A stretch of DNA of 64,000 nucleotides from a virus. This document shows, one piece after another, positions 25,483 through 35,862 of the stretch; the first letter of the stretch is position 1; the number at the start of each line of letters is the position of its first letter. The DNA is taken from positions 14,157 to 78,156 of the IMG/VR virus record IMGVR_UViG_3300034418_006582; one strand, 5' to 3'. Made by a program: the position numbers and the translations under genes. The notes beneath the pieces were generated by a model. That model had not been told where the DNA came from, made no database searches, and worked only from the letters and a program-made list of their open reading frames with translations.

Positions 25483-26121
25483 ATGGCTCTCTGTAGTTAT
25501 TCTGATGTAGAAGCTATTGTCCAAATTGACTTTAGCTCTACATTACAAACATCAATCACAAATAATATTATTCCATTTGCTGATCAGGTTATTAAAACAT
25601 ATTTAGGTTATGATATTGAATTAGCAGATCATACAGAAATATTATTCGGTGATAATATCAGGGAACTTGCTTTAAAGCATATTCCTGTAAATTCGATAAC
25701 ATCAATCACTGAAGATGGTAATAGTTTATCAGAGGGTAATGAATCTGATTATGTTTACCATAGTAATGGTAGAGTCGAAAGAGTACTAGGTCGTTGGTCT
25801 GGTGCTAAACCTAAAAACATCACAATTGTTTATAACGCAGGATATTCTACAATTCCTGACGACATAAAGTTTACAAGTGCAAGAGTTTCTGCAAGAATTG
25901 TCATGTCTGCCTTAAACTTGAGCAGTCAAGCTAAGACAGGCACAGTTGAAACACATTTAAGTGATTCAACTAATGGGGCTACTATGACAAATGTAATTGA
26001 AGAACGCATTGGAGATCTTGCTGTGAGATTTGCTGATCCTTTAGCATATTTCGATGGCGAAGTTCTCAAGCAATCAGATAAACTCTTATTACAACCATAT
26101 AAAAAGCAGGTATTCGTTTAA
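25483..26121 (+). CDS. Head-tail adaptor/connector
   Basis: Y.DV, IKTYLG, Y.AGY..IP.DI, E.IGD, LL.PYK motifs. Confidence 0.8.
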   Translation: MALCSYSDVEAIVQIDFSSTLQTSITNNIIPFADQVIKTYLGYDIELADHTEILFGDNIRELALKHIPVNSITSITEDGNSLSEGNESDYVYHSNGRVERVLGRWSGAKPKNITIVYNAGYSTIPDDIKFTSARVSARIVMSALNLSSQAKTGTVETHLSDSTNGATMTNVIEERIGDLAVRFADPLAYFDGEVLKQSDKLLLQPYKKQVFV

Positions 26122-26291
26122 TGGATCTTGCAACATATGTGTATCTAATAGGATTTCTAAACTATCACGGTTTAATGTCTGTTTACCTAAATAATTACAC
26201 AAGAGAGAGAGTTGATATGGAAAGTTATGTCAACCAAAAATTTAGTGAAATTATTGCAGGTGAAGAGTGGAATATAAAGAGGAATCTCTAA
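26121..26291 (+). CDS. Hypothetical microprotein (56 aa, not in ORF track)
   Basis: TAATG overlap; MDLATYVYLIGFLNYHG... Confidence 0.5.
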   Translation: MDLATYVYLIGFLNYHGLMSVYLNNYTRERVDMESYVNQKFSEIIAGEEWNIKRNL

Positions 26292-26560
26292 GTAATTTAT
26301 TAAGATTACAAGAACTATGGTGGCAAGTCGATGCCAACTGTAAAGACGCTGATCCAGACATCTTTTTTCCTGAAAGAGGTGCAAGCACTAGACAAGCAAA
26401 AGAATTATGTAATTCCTGTAAAGCTCAAGAACACTGTTTAGAATATGCAATAGTAAATGCAGAAAAGTTTGGAATATGGGGTGGCTTATCTGAAAGAGAG
26501 CGTAGGAAAATTCGTAAACAAAGAGGATTAACTAGAAAGCGTAGGAAAAATGCCAAGTAG
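26267..26560 (+). CDS. whiB: WhiB family Fe-S transcription factor
   Basis: C..ADPDIFFPERG...C..C....CLEYA...GIWGGLSERERR. Confidence 0.95.
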   Translation: MEYKEESLSNLLRLQELWWQVDANCKDADPDIFFPERGASTRQAKELCNSCKAQEHCLEYAIVNAEKFGIWGGLSERERRKIRKQRGLTRKRRKNAK

Positions 26561-27095
26561 AAGATTGCCTAGTGTAGAAGAAGCATATGAATTATTTAAA
26601 AAAGATCCATATAAGCGTTTAAGTGAATGGGCTAAAGAATGGGACTGTTCACACGAAAGAGTTAGACAGTTAAGAGATCAAGCAGGATTTCCGAAAATAT
26701 CAGAAATAGATTACAAGATATCTAGGAAAGTAGTTGAAAGAATTAGATCAGGTGAATACACATTAACTAGGCGAATTACATATGCTGACCTTCCTATTGG
26801 TTATGAAAAGTTTGTAAGTTGGTACGAAGAGGATCCAGCCATATATCTCGCTGTTCTTGAGGCTCAACAATGGGCATATAATCAAAAAATGAACCCTACT
26901 GAAAAAGTTTGTGAGGGCTGTAAAGAAAAAAAGCCTATTGATCAATATAAGCGATCTGCTAAATATATTGACGGATATTCAAAATATTGTAAAGATTATC
27001 CAGATTGTACCAACATTGATATAAAAGAAAAATTAAATAATTTAGAAGATATGCGTAGCAGGTTAGATAAACTTAGAAAAAGTTTAGATACCTAA
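26550..27095 (+). CDS. HTH plus Zn-finger DNA-binding protein
   Basis: CSHERVRQL (sigma-r4-like) and KVCEGC...YCKD. Confidence 0.65.
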   Translation: MPSRRLPSVEEAYELFKKDPYKRLSEWAKEWDCSHERVRQLRDQAGFPKISEIDYKISRKVVERIRSGEYTLTRRITYADLPIGYEKFVSWYEEDPAIYLAVLEAQQWAYNQKMNPTEKVCEGCKEKKPIDQYKRSAKYIDGYSKYCKDYPDCTNIDIKEKLNNLEDMRSRLDKLRKSLDT

Positions 27096-27125
27096 AAAAT
27101 AGCTTTTAATTAGTAAAGTATAGGT

Positions 27126-27461
27126 ATGTCTTACAACTACCAAACATATCTAAAAGAAACTGTCGTATTCCAATCTGCTGGAACATCTACAGTCGATGAA
27201 AGAGGATTGTATAATTCTGATTGGGTTGATGATATTACTACAAAATGTCGTATTGATCCAAGGACATCAGATGAGGATAGTGGAACTAGAGATACTGAAG
27301 TATCTGAAATTGATATCCATATTCCTGCAAATGTAAATGTAAAAACTTCACACAGAGCAGTATTGAATAGTAAATATTACGATGTATTGGGTATTGAGGA
27401 AAAGAAAAATAGATATTCAAACCCAGTAATCAAAACAGTCACAATGCGTAGGAGTGGTTAA
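27126..27461 (+). CDS. Head closure (stopper) protein
   Basis: Size, synteny, CRIDP...YDVLG. Confidence 0.65.
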   Translation: MSYNYQTYLKETVVFQSAGTSTVDERGLYNSDWVDDITTKCRIDPRTSDEDSGTRDTEVSEIDIHIPANVNVKTSHRAVLNSKYYDVLGIEEKKNRYSNPVIKTVTMRRSG

Positions 27462-28519
27462 TGGGTGTAAAACAAATAAATCCTTCAAAAGTTAACAGGT
27501 TTAGAAATTTTTTATACAATACTTCATCAGCAAGATACGGAACTGGTAACTTAATATCTTTAAATGTTTATCAAAATAATTTAAGAGGTATTCGTAGGAT
27601 TTCTCTTACAACAGCAAGGCTTACTTCAGATTTAAAATCTATATCACCTGGTGGTCAGGGTATAAAGTTTAGGGTAGGTCGTAGAGTTGCAGGTCGTATT
27701 GCTGGTAAATTTGGTCAAGCTGTAATTCCACAGGGTTTAGGATTTGCGTCACGATTAGCTAACAATTTTTACGGTAGATATGTTGGTAGAGAAATACAAC
27801 AGTTCTTTAATAGAAAAACACAAATTCAAGCATACATAAATGGATATGCTATGACAGAAGAAGCCAAGAAAGCAATTTTACTAGAACCTAAAATGCAAAG
27901 GCAATATCAGGCAGCAAAGTTTAGTTATGAAACTTCTGGCGTTAGTGTGTCGGAATATAGCCCAGTAAAGTTTTTGTCAACTATACAAGCATATATGATT
28001 GGTTTAAATTCAGGTGGAATGGCAGGTGCGCCTATTCTTTCTGGTTCATTAATTGATAGTATTAATAATCGTGGATTTACAACTAATGATCCAGAAGCGC
28101 TAGTTGCAGGAACTATTACAGTAGGATCTTCTGAAGGTAATTTTGGCGATGTTGCTGATCTAGCACCTTATTGGTGGAAAACAATATACAAAGGTGCATT
28201 TTATGATCTTCGTAAATTTGGAATTAATAATCATAGTCAGTGGATAAATTCTAGTAAACCTTATTGGTGGGGACATGCAGTTAAAATGGCTATAGCAGAC
28301 GAATTACCTAAAAGATTAGAAGTTGCTACTAAGCATATAGAAAACTGGGAGTTTCAATTTAGACCTCAAAGTGCTTTAACACCTAAATATTTACAACCAG
28401 GTATTCCTAAAGGTGGTTGGAACTCTTTTGAGCTTTCAGCTAGAAATGTTACAGATGAGGATCGTAGTTTATTAAGAGCAATGGGGTATGAAGCAGGTGT
28501 ACCAGGAAAGATGAGATAA
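27461..28519 (+). CDS. Putative neck/tail-completion protein, unusually long
   Basis: Synteny; APILSGSLIDSI resembles the AP..TG.L..SI neck motif. Confidence 0.5.
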   Translation: MGVKQINPSKVNRFRNFLYNTSSARYGTGNLISLNVYQNNLRGIRRISLTTARLTSDLKSISPGGQGIKFRVGRRVAGRIAGKFGQAVIPQGLGFASRLANNFYGRYVGREIQQFFNRKTQIQAYINGYAMTEEAKKAILLEPKMQRQYQAAKFSYETSGVSVSEYSPVKFLSTIQAYMIGLNSGGMAGAPILSGSLIDSINNRGFTTNDPEALVAGTITVGSSEGNFGDVADLAPYWWKTIYKGAFYDLRKFGINNHSQWINSSKPYWWGHAVKMAIADELPKRLEVATKHIENWEFQFRPQSALTPKYLQPGIPKGGWNSFELSARNVTDEDRSLLRAMGYEAGVPGKMR

Positions 28520-28992
28520 TGCAAGGAATTGAATATGCAAATATGCCACCTGACGCTGAAATTATATTTCGCCAATGGTTATTAGATCAAACAGCAATTA
28601 CAGATCTAATTAGTACAAGAGTTGCTACAAGGCTACCTTTAGAACCAACACTTCCATTTGTTGTCATAACTAATAGAGGTAGTGCATTAATTAACCCTGC
28701 AAGCCAAACAGCTATCAATGAGTCAGATTTTTCTATTGATTGTTATGCAGGTCGTTGGGGTGGAGATGGAACTAAACCAGAGCCAGATTATTCTACAGCT
28801 TCAAATGTAGCACAAGTAATATCTTCACAAATATTTAAAGCTGGAAGTTCAATGGTGGAAACTTCTGGTGGAACTAAAGCAAAAATATATGGTTTTGAAA
28901 TAACTTCTATGCCTACAAGAGTTGAGGAAGAAGAGATACTCGTAGCTAACTTTTCTATAGGCGTAACTATGTTCTATAGACATTCCGAATAA
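28519..28992 (+). CDS. Tail terminator
   Basis: Synteny; LP...TLPFVV...IDCYA. Confidence 0.7.
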   Translation: MQGIEYANMPPDAEIIFRQWLLDQTAITDLISTRVATRLPLEPTLPFVVITNRGSALINPASQTAINESDFSIDCYAGRWGGDGTKPEPDYSTASNVAQVISSQIFKAGSSMVETSGGTKAKIYGFEITSMPTRVEEEEILVANFSIGVTMFYRHSE

Positions 28993-29038
28993 CACTAATC
29001 TGCAAATTAATCCTCTAATATATTGCTTGAGGTAAATT

Positions 29039-29347
29039 ATGGCAAATAGTAAAAAGATTAAAGTTAAAGTTAATCCGATCTATCCAGCAGATAGTATTGG
29101 TGACGCTATTACTGGTATTAAATTTACCAAAGATGTATGGGAAGAAGTAAGCCTTAAAGACTGGAGTAGGTTAAAAGAATCCAGAGGTCGTATGTGGGAT
29201 CATAGCATGCCAAGATTTATCACAGAAGATCAAGACTGGAAAATTACAAGAGTCAAAGAATCTGAATTGACTATAGACAATATGGTTGATCCAGTTGTTG
29301 AAGAGCCTGACATTTCTGAAGATTGGTATGGATCCGAGGAAGAGTAA
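29039..29347 (+). CDS. Hypothetical protein
   Basis: ORF with GAGG RBS. Confidence 0.7.
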   Translation: MANSKKIKVKVNPIYPADSIGDAITGIKFTKDVWEEVSLKDWSRLKESRGRMWDHSMPRFITEDQDWKITRVKESELTIDNMVDPVVEEPDISEDWYGSEEE

Positions 29348-29393
29348 AAGATATGTTTGCAAACATATTAGAAGTATAAGTTAGGAGTATTGT

Positions 29394-30047
29394 ATGTCAA
29401 CAACATCATATAATACATCAGGTACAATATCTGATGTGCTTATCGGCACAGGTGTTTTGTATGCAGCTAATAAAGGAACAGCGTTCCCAGGTGCAGACAG
29501 CACTACAGCTACTGAGTGGGCAGAAATTGCCTCTGGGTGGTCAGATGTTGGTTATTCCGAAGATGGATGGACTCTAGAGTACGATAAGTCTTTTGAGGAC
29601 ATCATGGTTGCAGAGGAAATTGATCCAATTAAATCAGTTAAAACTGCACAAGAAATAAGAATCACTGGAACACTAGCTCAAGCAAGTTTAACAAACTTAA
29701 ACCTTGCTTTTGGTGGTGGAACTCTAGATGAAGATGACACAGCATACGGAGATGGATATGACACATTAGTGCCACCAGCTACAACTGGTTTTAACGAAAA
29801 GTCATTATTGTTAGTAACTGAAGGTGCCTCTGGTGCAATCAGACACTTTCAAATTCCTAGAGCTGTCAATGTTGGTGCATTTTCTATGGCTCATCAAAAA
29901 GCACCTCAAAAAGTGCTTATTGCTGTTGAGTTTAAAATTCTAGTTCCAGATTCAAGTTCAACATCTGTTGGAACAACTGATGGAAAAGAAAATCTATTTA
30001 GAATAGTAGAAAATACTAACGGCTCAACTGAAGGAGTTGTTAACTAA
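29394..30047 (+). CDS. Major tail tube protein
   Basis: W.DVGY.EDG; position before the chaperones and tape measure. Confidence 0.85.
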   Translation: MSTTSYNTSGTISDVLIGTGVLYAANKGTAFPGADSTTATEWAEIASGWSDVGYSEDGWTLEYDKSFEDIMVAEEIDPIKSVKTAQEIRITGTLAQASLTNLNLAFGGGTLDEDDTAYGDGYDTLVPPATTGFNEKSLLLVTEGASGAIRHFQIPRAVNVGAFSMAHQKAPQKVLIAVEFKILVPDSSSTSVGTTDGKENLFRIVENTNGSTEGVVN

Positions 30048-30075
30048 TTCGCTTTAAAGATGGGAGGAGAAACAC

Positions 30076-30426
30076 ATGAGTAAGCGTTTTAAAGATTTTA
30101 GTGCTGCGAAAGAGGGCGTTAATAAGGAACCAATTGTGATTGGGGTAGACGGAGAAGAATTTACTTTTCCACCTTTCCTTACAGCAGAGACTGTTTTAAC
30201 ACAGTTAACATGGCTGGAAGAAGATGGCTCAATCGCAGCACCAAATCTACCAAAATGGTTTGTCGCAATTATGGGACAAGACAATTTTGATAAAATATCA
30301 GCAAAGGTAGATCTACCTACATTGCAAGAAATATCACAACATCTTATGTCTGAATACGGTATGACACCAGAAGATCTTAATGCTGTACCAGTTGAAGACG
30401 AGGATGAGGGTGATAGCCCAAAATAA
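30076..30426 (+). CDS. Tail assembly chaperone G
   Basis: Synteny; ends at slippery C CCA AAA TAA. Confidence 0.8.
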   Translation: MSKRFKDFSAAKEGVNKEPIVIGVDGEEFTFPPFLTAETVLTQLTWLEEDGSIAAPNLPKWFVAIMGQDNFDKISAKVDLPTLQEISQHLMSEYGMTPEDLNAVPVEDEDEGDSPK

Positions 30427-30770
30427 GTTATTCAATTGATGACATACTAGATAAATGGTCAGCAGTTGAATCAGACTTTATAAAAATATATAACATATAT
30501 GAACCATTAGAAATTGAATGGCGCAAATTTTACAGATTGCTTGGTACAATTCCTATAGATCAATCATTATTCTTTGCAGACGCATATAAGGCAATAGTGG
30601 ATGGTGATGATCCAACGGAAGCATTGTCTAAAGATCCACCAAAAAATTGGTATAAAGAGGAACTAGACAAACGCAGAGGTAGATCGAAAAGGCAAAGAGT
30701 TGCCACTTCCATAGATGATATGATCACAGATCAAAAGAGAATAGGTAAAGAAGATGCCCCCACAAGCTAA
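30423..30770 (+). CDS. Tail assembly chaperone GT extension (-1 frameshift)
   Basis: -1 frame open from 30423 (ISYSIDDILDKWSAVESDF...WRKFYRLL) into the 30537 ORF. Confidence 0.8.
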   Translation: MSYSIDDILDKWSAVESDFIKIYNIYEPLEIEWRKFYRLLGTIPIDQSLFFADAYKAIVDGDDPTEALSKDPPKNWYKEELDKRRGRSKRQRVATSIDDMITDQKRIGKEDAPTS

Positions 30771-33700
30771 GGTTGGATTTCTAAAATTAATGATCGGTGC
30801 TACACCAGTAGGTGATGCACTTCGTAATGACATACAACAAAGTGGTCAGGCTATGTCCGATGCCACCAAAAAACTTCAATCAGCGCAGTATGCAATTATT
30901 TCAGGTGCTTTAGTTGGTATAGCAGCAGTAACATTTGAATTGATAAAAGCTGTACAAGCTACAGCAATGTTTGAAAGTGCTTTTGCAGGAATAAGAAAAA
31001 CAGTAGAGGCTAGTGAGTCTCAATTTGAAGATTTATCAAGATCTATTTTAAGAATGTCAACAACAATACCTGTATCAGCAGGTGAGCTGGCAAGAATTGG
31101 TGAGTTAGGTGGTCAGTTAGGTATATCTGTACAAAACTTACCAGAATTTATTTCTACTGTTTCTACTCTTGCAACTACTACTAACTTAACAGTTGACAAT
31201 GCAGCGCTTGGTCTTGCACGACTTGACGCAATTGCTCAAACTAATGGTGAAACATTTTCTAATTTAGCTTCAACAATTGTAGATCTTGGTAACAACTTTG
31301 CAGCTACTGAATCTGAAATTATGACAACTGTTTTGCGTATTGCTCAGGCAGCAGCACAGGTTGGTGCAACAACACAAGATGCTTTAGCTTTTGCAACTGC
31401 ACTTCAAGCTATTGGTGTTCCAGCTCAGGCTGGTGGTACTGCTGTAGCTCGTGTATTTCAGAGTATTCAATCAGCAATAATACAAGCTGGTGAAGATGCA
31501 GAAATATTTGCTAAAGTTGCTTCAAGATCTGGAAAAGTAAGTGCTGAAGGTTTTGCACAAATGTTTGGTGAGGATCCAGCTTATGCAGCTCAATTATTTA
31601 TTGAGGGCTTAGGTAATATGAATGAAGCTGGTGAAGATGTCATAACAGTACTTGATAAATTAGGATTATCACAAAGAAGAACTACTCTTGCGATATTAGG
31701 TTTAGCTGAAGCAGAAGATCTATTAGATAGAGCAATGAACACTAGTAGAGATGCTCATGAGGCAAATACAGCAGCTACTGAAGAGGCTATTAAAAGATAT
31801 TCAACTTTAGAATCTCAGCTACAAATAACAAAAAACGCATTTAACGAGTTACAGGTTCAAATTGGTGAAAATGTTGCACCAGCAGTAAAAGGATTTAACG
31901 ATATTATTCAAGAAACAATTATAGGTTTAACTAATTCTGGTGCGGCATTTAACATATTAGTAGGATCAGTAGCTGTATTCTCAATTATGATCTTAAGAGC
32001 AATTGCTCATATGTACTCTATCAAAAAAGTTTTAAAACAGTTACAGTTTTCTTTTGCTTATGCTTTTACAGGACCAGCAGCTTGGATTGCAGCTATTACA
32101 GCTGCGCTTGCATTTTTAGCAATTAAAATTGCTAACGCAAAAGGCGAAATGGATCAGTTGGTCAGATCCGTGGAAACATTTGTACAAGACGGTGATATAA
32201 CAAGAAATACAATAAAAGGTTTAATAGATACAACACAAGAATTTGAAAAAGCACTTCGAGGATACAACGAAGAAGCAAGAAAAACTATCAAAGAAAATCT
32301 TATAAATAATTTAACAGGTACACCAGAAGAGAGGCAAGCATATATAGACAGTATTGAACAAGTCATTGATAAAAATGAAGATCTTATAAATGTAACAAAT
32401 GGCTTGTTAAAGCATGCTTTTGGTAGAGATATGCGAGAAGCTGTTAGAAATGGAACAATGGATTATGAAGAATTTGTAGCTGAAATGGAGCGTATCAACA
32501 ATCTTTCAATTGCATCACCGTTTAGAAATATGAGTGAAGAATCATCACAAATGTTATTCCAAGCATTTAAGATGTCAAATTATAGAGGCTACCTACAAGA
32601 ACAAGAAAATAATTTAAGAAATCAAAATAGATTGTTAGAAGATGAATTAGGTATAGCAAAAGATCTTACTAAAGCTCTTGAAATTTATGAAAAAAATAGA
32701 GATGAAAAAATAAGAAATGACGCAATAGAAGCTCTTGGTATAGATAAGTTAGCTGAAGAGGGAACACATTTTAGATATGTTCAAGAAGAGCAGATAAAAG
32801 CCTACATAGAAAATAACAAACAACATGATGAGGCAGCTAAAAAATATCAAGAAGAACGAGAGGCTATCTTAGAGCTTGATACAGTTTATTCAACAATAAC
32901 TGACAATATTAAAAAGAATACAGATAGTTTTGTAGCAAGTCTTGAGGCTTTGCCTGAAGCAACTGCCATGACAGCAGATGAAATGTTAAAAAACTTTAAA
33001 GAAAGATTTGCAATAGCACAAATATTTAAAGATCAAATGAAGCAACTTGAAGATGCAGGTTATGATGATTTAGGGCTTTTAGTTTCATCATTAGGTCCAG
33101 AATTTGCACCAAGTCTTGCAAACTTATTAAAAGATCCAGAAGTAATGAATGCTATTGAAGCTGGTTTAGAGGCACAAAGAATAACTGCAAGTGAAAATTT
33201 AAAAGAGAATACAGCTAAAGTCATTAATACTTACGGTGATACATATGCAAAATTAGGTAAAGATCTAGCATCTAATATGATGCAGGGTGCTATTGATGGA
33301 CTAGAAGCTGAAGAAGAAGAGTATTACAAAACAATTGATAAGATAATATCAAATGGTATTACTGTAGCTAATTTAGCTGCTGGTAACAAATCTCCATCAT
33401 GGAAAACAGCTAGAATATCTAAATTCATGATATTGGGTTTTGTAAAAGGTATTAAAGATAATTACCCACAACTAGAAACAACTTGGAAAGAGACTGTTAT
33501 TGATTTAGTAACAGTTATAGAGCAAAGTGTTGGTGATGCTATGAATAGGATCAACACTGTATTCGGAACTCAATTTGGTTTATTTGGTGCGCAAAATAAT
33601 TTAATACAAAATGAACAAAAATACAACGAATTATTAGAAAAAAGAAATGTATTACTAAAAGGTAATACAGCAGAACAAATAATATCTATTAGAGAGGCTC

Positions 33701-34524
33701 AAGATAAAGTTGATTTTTTAAGAATTGCATATAAAGAAGGTACTATAAGCGCTGAAGAGTTGGCAATAGCAGAACAAGAACTTACTGACGCACAAAATGC
33801 AAGACAAAAAGAATTAGATGAAATAAATAGACAAGTTGAGCAGTCTGAATTACAACAAGCTCAAGCATTGCTTAACTTAGCACAACAGGCTTATCAAATA
33901 TTACAACTAGGTCCTGAAGGTTTAAATCAATTTAAAGAAATAGCCGATGTATTAGGTGTAGATTCTCAATTGATAGATAGAGTTTCTACAAAGACTAGTG
34001 AATTAGCAAATACAATTGGTACTAAGTTTGGTGGTGTTGTAGATGATATGGCAAAAAATTATTTTGATACTAATTTGAAAATTGAACAAGAGAAAATAGA
34101 TATAGAAGTTGATACAACTCAAGCAGATAATGCGTTTAAAAAACTCATAAATGACTATGCAATAGCAAAAGATTTTATTGAGGGAAATTCAGCAAAGCCC
34201 AACTTTACAGTACCTGGTTTAGAAATGTATGCAAAAGGTGGCCGTATACCAATGTATGCTAATGGTGGAAAACTTAGAGGTGGATATGGTTTAGTTGGCG
34301 AATATGGACCAGAGTTAATTAGAGCTATACCTGGTGGTGGTGTTGACATTACACCTTTAGGAAATACTGGGAACAGTAGTATTACAGTTCAAAATCTTAA
34401 TGTAAATGTAACTGGTGTTCCATCTGATCCAGGACAAGCTAGAAAGGCTGCAATAGAAATTAAAAAAGCACTACATAAGTTAGATAGAGAAGGTTTAATT
34501 GGAACAGGCATAAGAGGTAGATAA
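30754..34524 (+). CDS. Tape measure protein (TP901-type core)
   Basis: FESAFAGIRKT, LGNNFAATESEI, AGGTA, SPS..T, GEYGPEL. Confidence 0.93.
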   Translation: MPPQAKVGFLKLMIGATPVGDALRNDIQQSGQAMSDATKKLQSAQYAIISGALVGIAAVTFELIKAVQATAMFESAFAGIRKTVEASESQFEDLSRSILRMSTTIPVSAGELARIGELGGQLGISVQNLPEFISTVSTLATTTNLTVDNAALGLARLDAIAQTNGETFSNLASTIVDLGNNFAATESEIMTTVLRIAQAAAQVGATTQDALAFATALQAIGVPAQAGGTAVARVFQSIQSAIIQAGEDAEIFAKVASRSGKVSAEGFAQMFGEDPAYAAQLFIEGLGNMNEAGEDVITVLDKLGLSQRRTTLAILGLAEAEDLLDRAMNTSRDAHEANTAATEEAIKRYSTLESQLQITKNAFNELQVQIGENVAPAVKGFNDIIQETIIGLTNSGAAFNILVGSVAVFSIMILRAIAHMYSIKKVLKQLQFSFAYAFTGPAAWIAAITAALAFLAIKIANAKGEMDQLVRSVETFVQDGDITRNTIKGLIDTTQEFEKALRGYNEEARKTIKENLINNLTGTPEERQAYIDSIEQVIDKNEDLINVTNGLLKHAFGRDMREAVRNGTMDYEEFVAEMERINNLSIASPFRNMSEESSQMLFQAFKMSNYRGYLQEQENNLRNQNRLLEDELGIAKDLTKALEIYEKNRDEKIRNDAIEALGIDKLAEEGTHFRYVQEEQIKAYIENNKQHDEAAKKYQEEREAILELDTVYSTITDNIKKNTDSFVASLEALPEATAMTADEMLKNFKERFAIAQIFKDQMKQLEDAGYDDLGLLVSSLGPEFAPSLANLLKDPEVMNAIEAGLEAQRITASENLKENTAKVINTYGDTYAKLGKDLASNMMQGAIDGLEAEEEEYYKTIDKIISNGITVANLAAGNKSPSWKTARISKFMILGFVKGIKDNYPQLETTWKETVIDLVTVIEQSVGDAMNRINTVFGTQFGLFGAQNNLIQNEQKYNELLEKRNVLLKGNTAEQIISIREAQDKVDFLRIAYKEGTISAEELAIAEQELTDAQNARQKELDEINRQVEQSELQQAQALLNLAQQAYQILQLGPEGLNQFKEIADVLGVDSQLIDRVSTKTSELANTIGTKFGGVVDDMAKNYFDTNLKIEQEKIDIEVDTTQADNAFKKLINDYAIAKDFIEGNSAKPNFTVPGLEMYAKGGRIPMYANGGKLRGGYGLVGEYGPELIRAIPGGGVDITPLGNTGNSSITVQNLNVNVTGVPSDPGQARKAAIEIKKALHKLDREGLIGTGIRGR

Positions 34525-34637
34525 TGGTTGATAATTTAACAGGAAAAGATTTGGAACCTTGTGATAGTTGTGGTGATTATTATTATAAAATGCCAAGTGC
34601 TGAAGTATGTATAAGGTGTAGGTTAAAAAATGGCTAA
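34524..34637 (+). CDS. Zn-ribbon microprotein (37 aa, not in ORF track)
   Basis: MVDNLTGKDLEPCDSC...VCIRC; TAATG overlap. Confidence 0.45.
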   Translation: MVDNLTGKDLEPCDSCGDYYYKMPSAEVCIRCRLKNG

Positions 34638-35862
34638 TACAGTAACTATAGGTAGATTAACATTTACTTCTCCGTCAGCTTTATCAGATAGCAGAAGTGG
34701 ATCATCTCGTGAATTTTCTATACAAGGTAAGTTTGTTGCAGACACAATTGCAGAAGTCAAACATTTAAGAGATGAATTACTAGCTTGTGCTAATGGATAT
34801 TATGTAGTTCCTTTTAGCTGGACTGGTGATGATACAGTTTCTGGCTATGTACGAGTTGTTAGTGCTTCTGTGAATACTGCAAGAACAGTTGTAGGTGGTT
34901 ACGATTATGCAGTTTCTATGGAGTGGCTAGGTAATATAGGTGAAATAGAAATGGAAAGTCAATTTTCAGGGGCGTTACTTGAAAATGATCACTCAATTAC
35001 TTCTACCACTGATCAGTTTTATGCACCACCTGTTGATAGCTATTCTCATAGTCATTCATCTAATCCAACTAACTTTGAAAGAGTGGGTGAAGATGGATCT
35101 ATTTACGCAAAATTTAGTTCTAGCTTACGATCTTATAATGCTAAATTTTTAGTAGATCCAGATGATTTTTATAAAAATTCTTGTGAAATATTTACAAATG
35201 ATAGTTCTGATGTATCAAGACTAAGATGTGGTCTTGAAACACCAAATTTTCCGACATCGGCAATATTGCAAAATGGCTTAGTAAAAATGACATTTGATAA
35301 CAACAATTCACAATCCAGATTTACAGTTTATAGTTATGATGGTGATGGTTATAAATCTGCAAAAGAAATAGCCATATCTAGAGGCGCAAGTGAACAAGAG
35401 TGGTTAGGTTGGAGATCTATACAGATACTCAAAAATGAACCAGAAGTTGCCACTATTAGATTAACTAGTTATTACGATACTGATAGTAGAGATCAAAGAC
35501 TTACTTTTGATGTTACACTTCGTAGGGGTGCTAGGCATTTTTCATTAGTTACTACTCAGTGGTCATCTGGTAAATTTAATATAAAACCAACTGCAACTTT
35601 ACCTTTTACTGATAACACAAGTTATGCAGTGATGACAAATAATGATGCTGACGGAAATCAACTTGTTATGGGATCTCCACAGAATTTTGATGTTGATACA
35701 ACTAATGGTGGTATTAGTACTACATCGAATACAGCAACTATGAAATCATTTATTGGTTTTGTATATGATGGGACCTCTGCAACTTCGTATGATACTGCTG
35801 ATAGTATTAGGGATCAATATCTTGATAATATTTATGAAGTTGTGAGGATAGTTAAGTCATGA
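34630..35862 (+). CDS. Minor tail protein (distal-tail position)
   Basis: Synteny after the tape measure gene. Confidence 0.7.
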   Translation: MANTVTIGRLTFTSPSALSDSRSGSSREFSIQGKFVADTIAEVKHLRDELLACANGYYVVPFSWTGDDTVSGYVRVVSASVNTARTVVGGYDYAVSMEWLGNIGEIEMESQFSGALLENDHSITSTTDQFYAPPVDSYSHSHSSNPTNFERVGEDGSIYAKFSSSLRSYNAKFLVDPDDFYKNSCEIFTNDSSDVSRLRCGLETPNFPTSAILQNGLVKMTFDNNNSQSRFTVYSYDGDGYKSAKEIAISRGASEQEWLGWRSIQILKNEPEVATIRLTSYYDTDSRDQRLTFDVTLRRGARHFSLVTTQWSSGKFNIKPTATLPFTDNTSYAVMTNNDADGNQLVMGSPQNFDVDTTNGGISTTSNTATMKSFIGFVYDGTSATSYDTADSIRDQYLDNIYEVVRIVKS

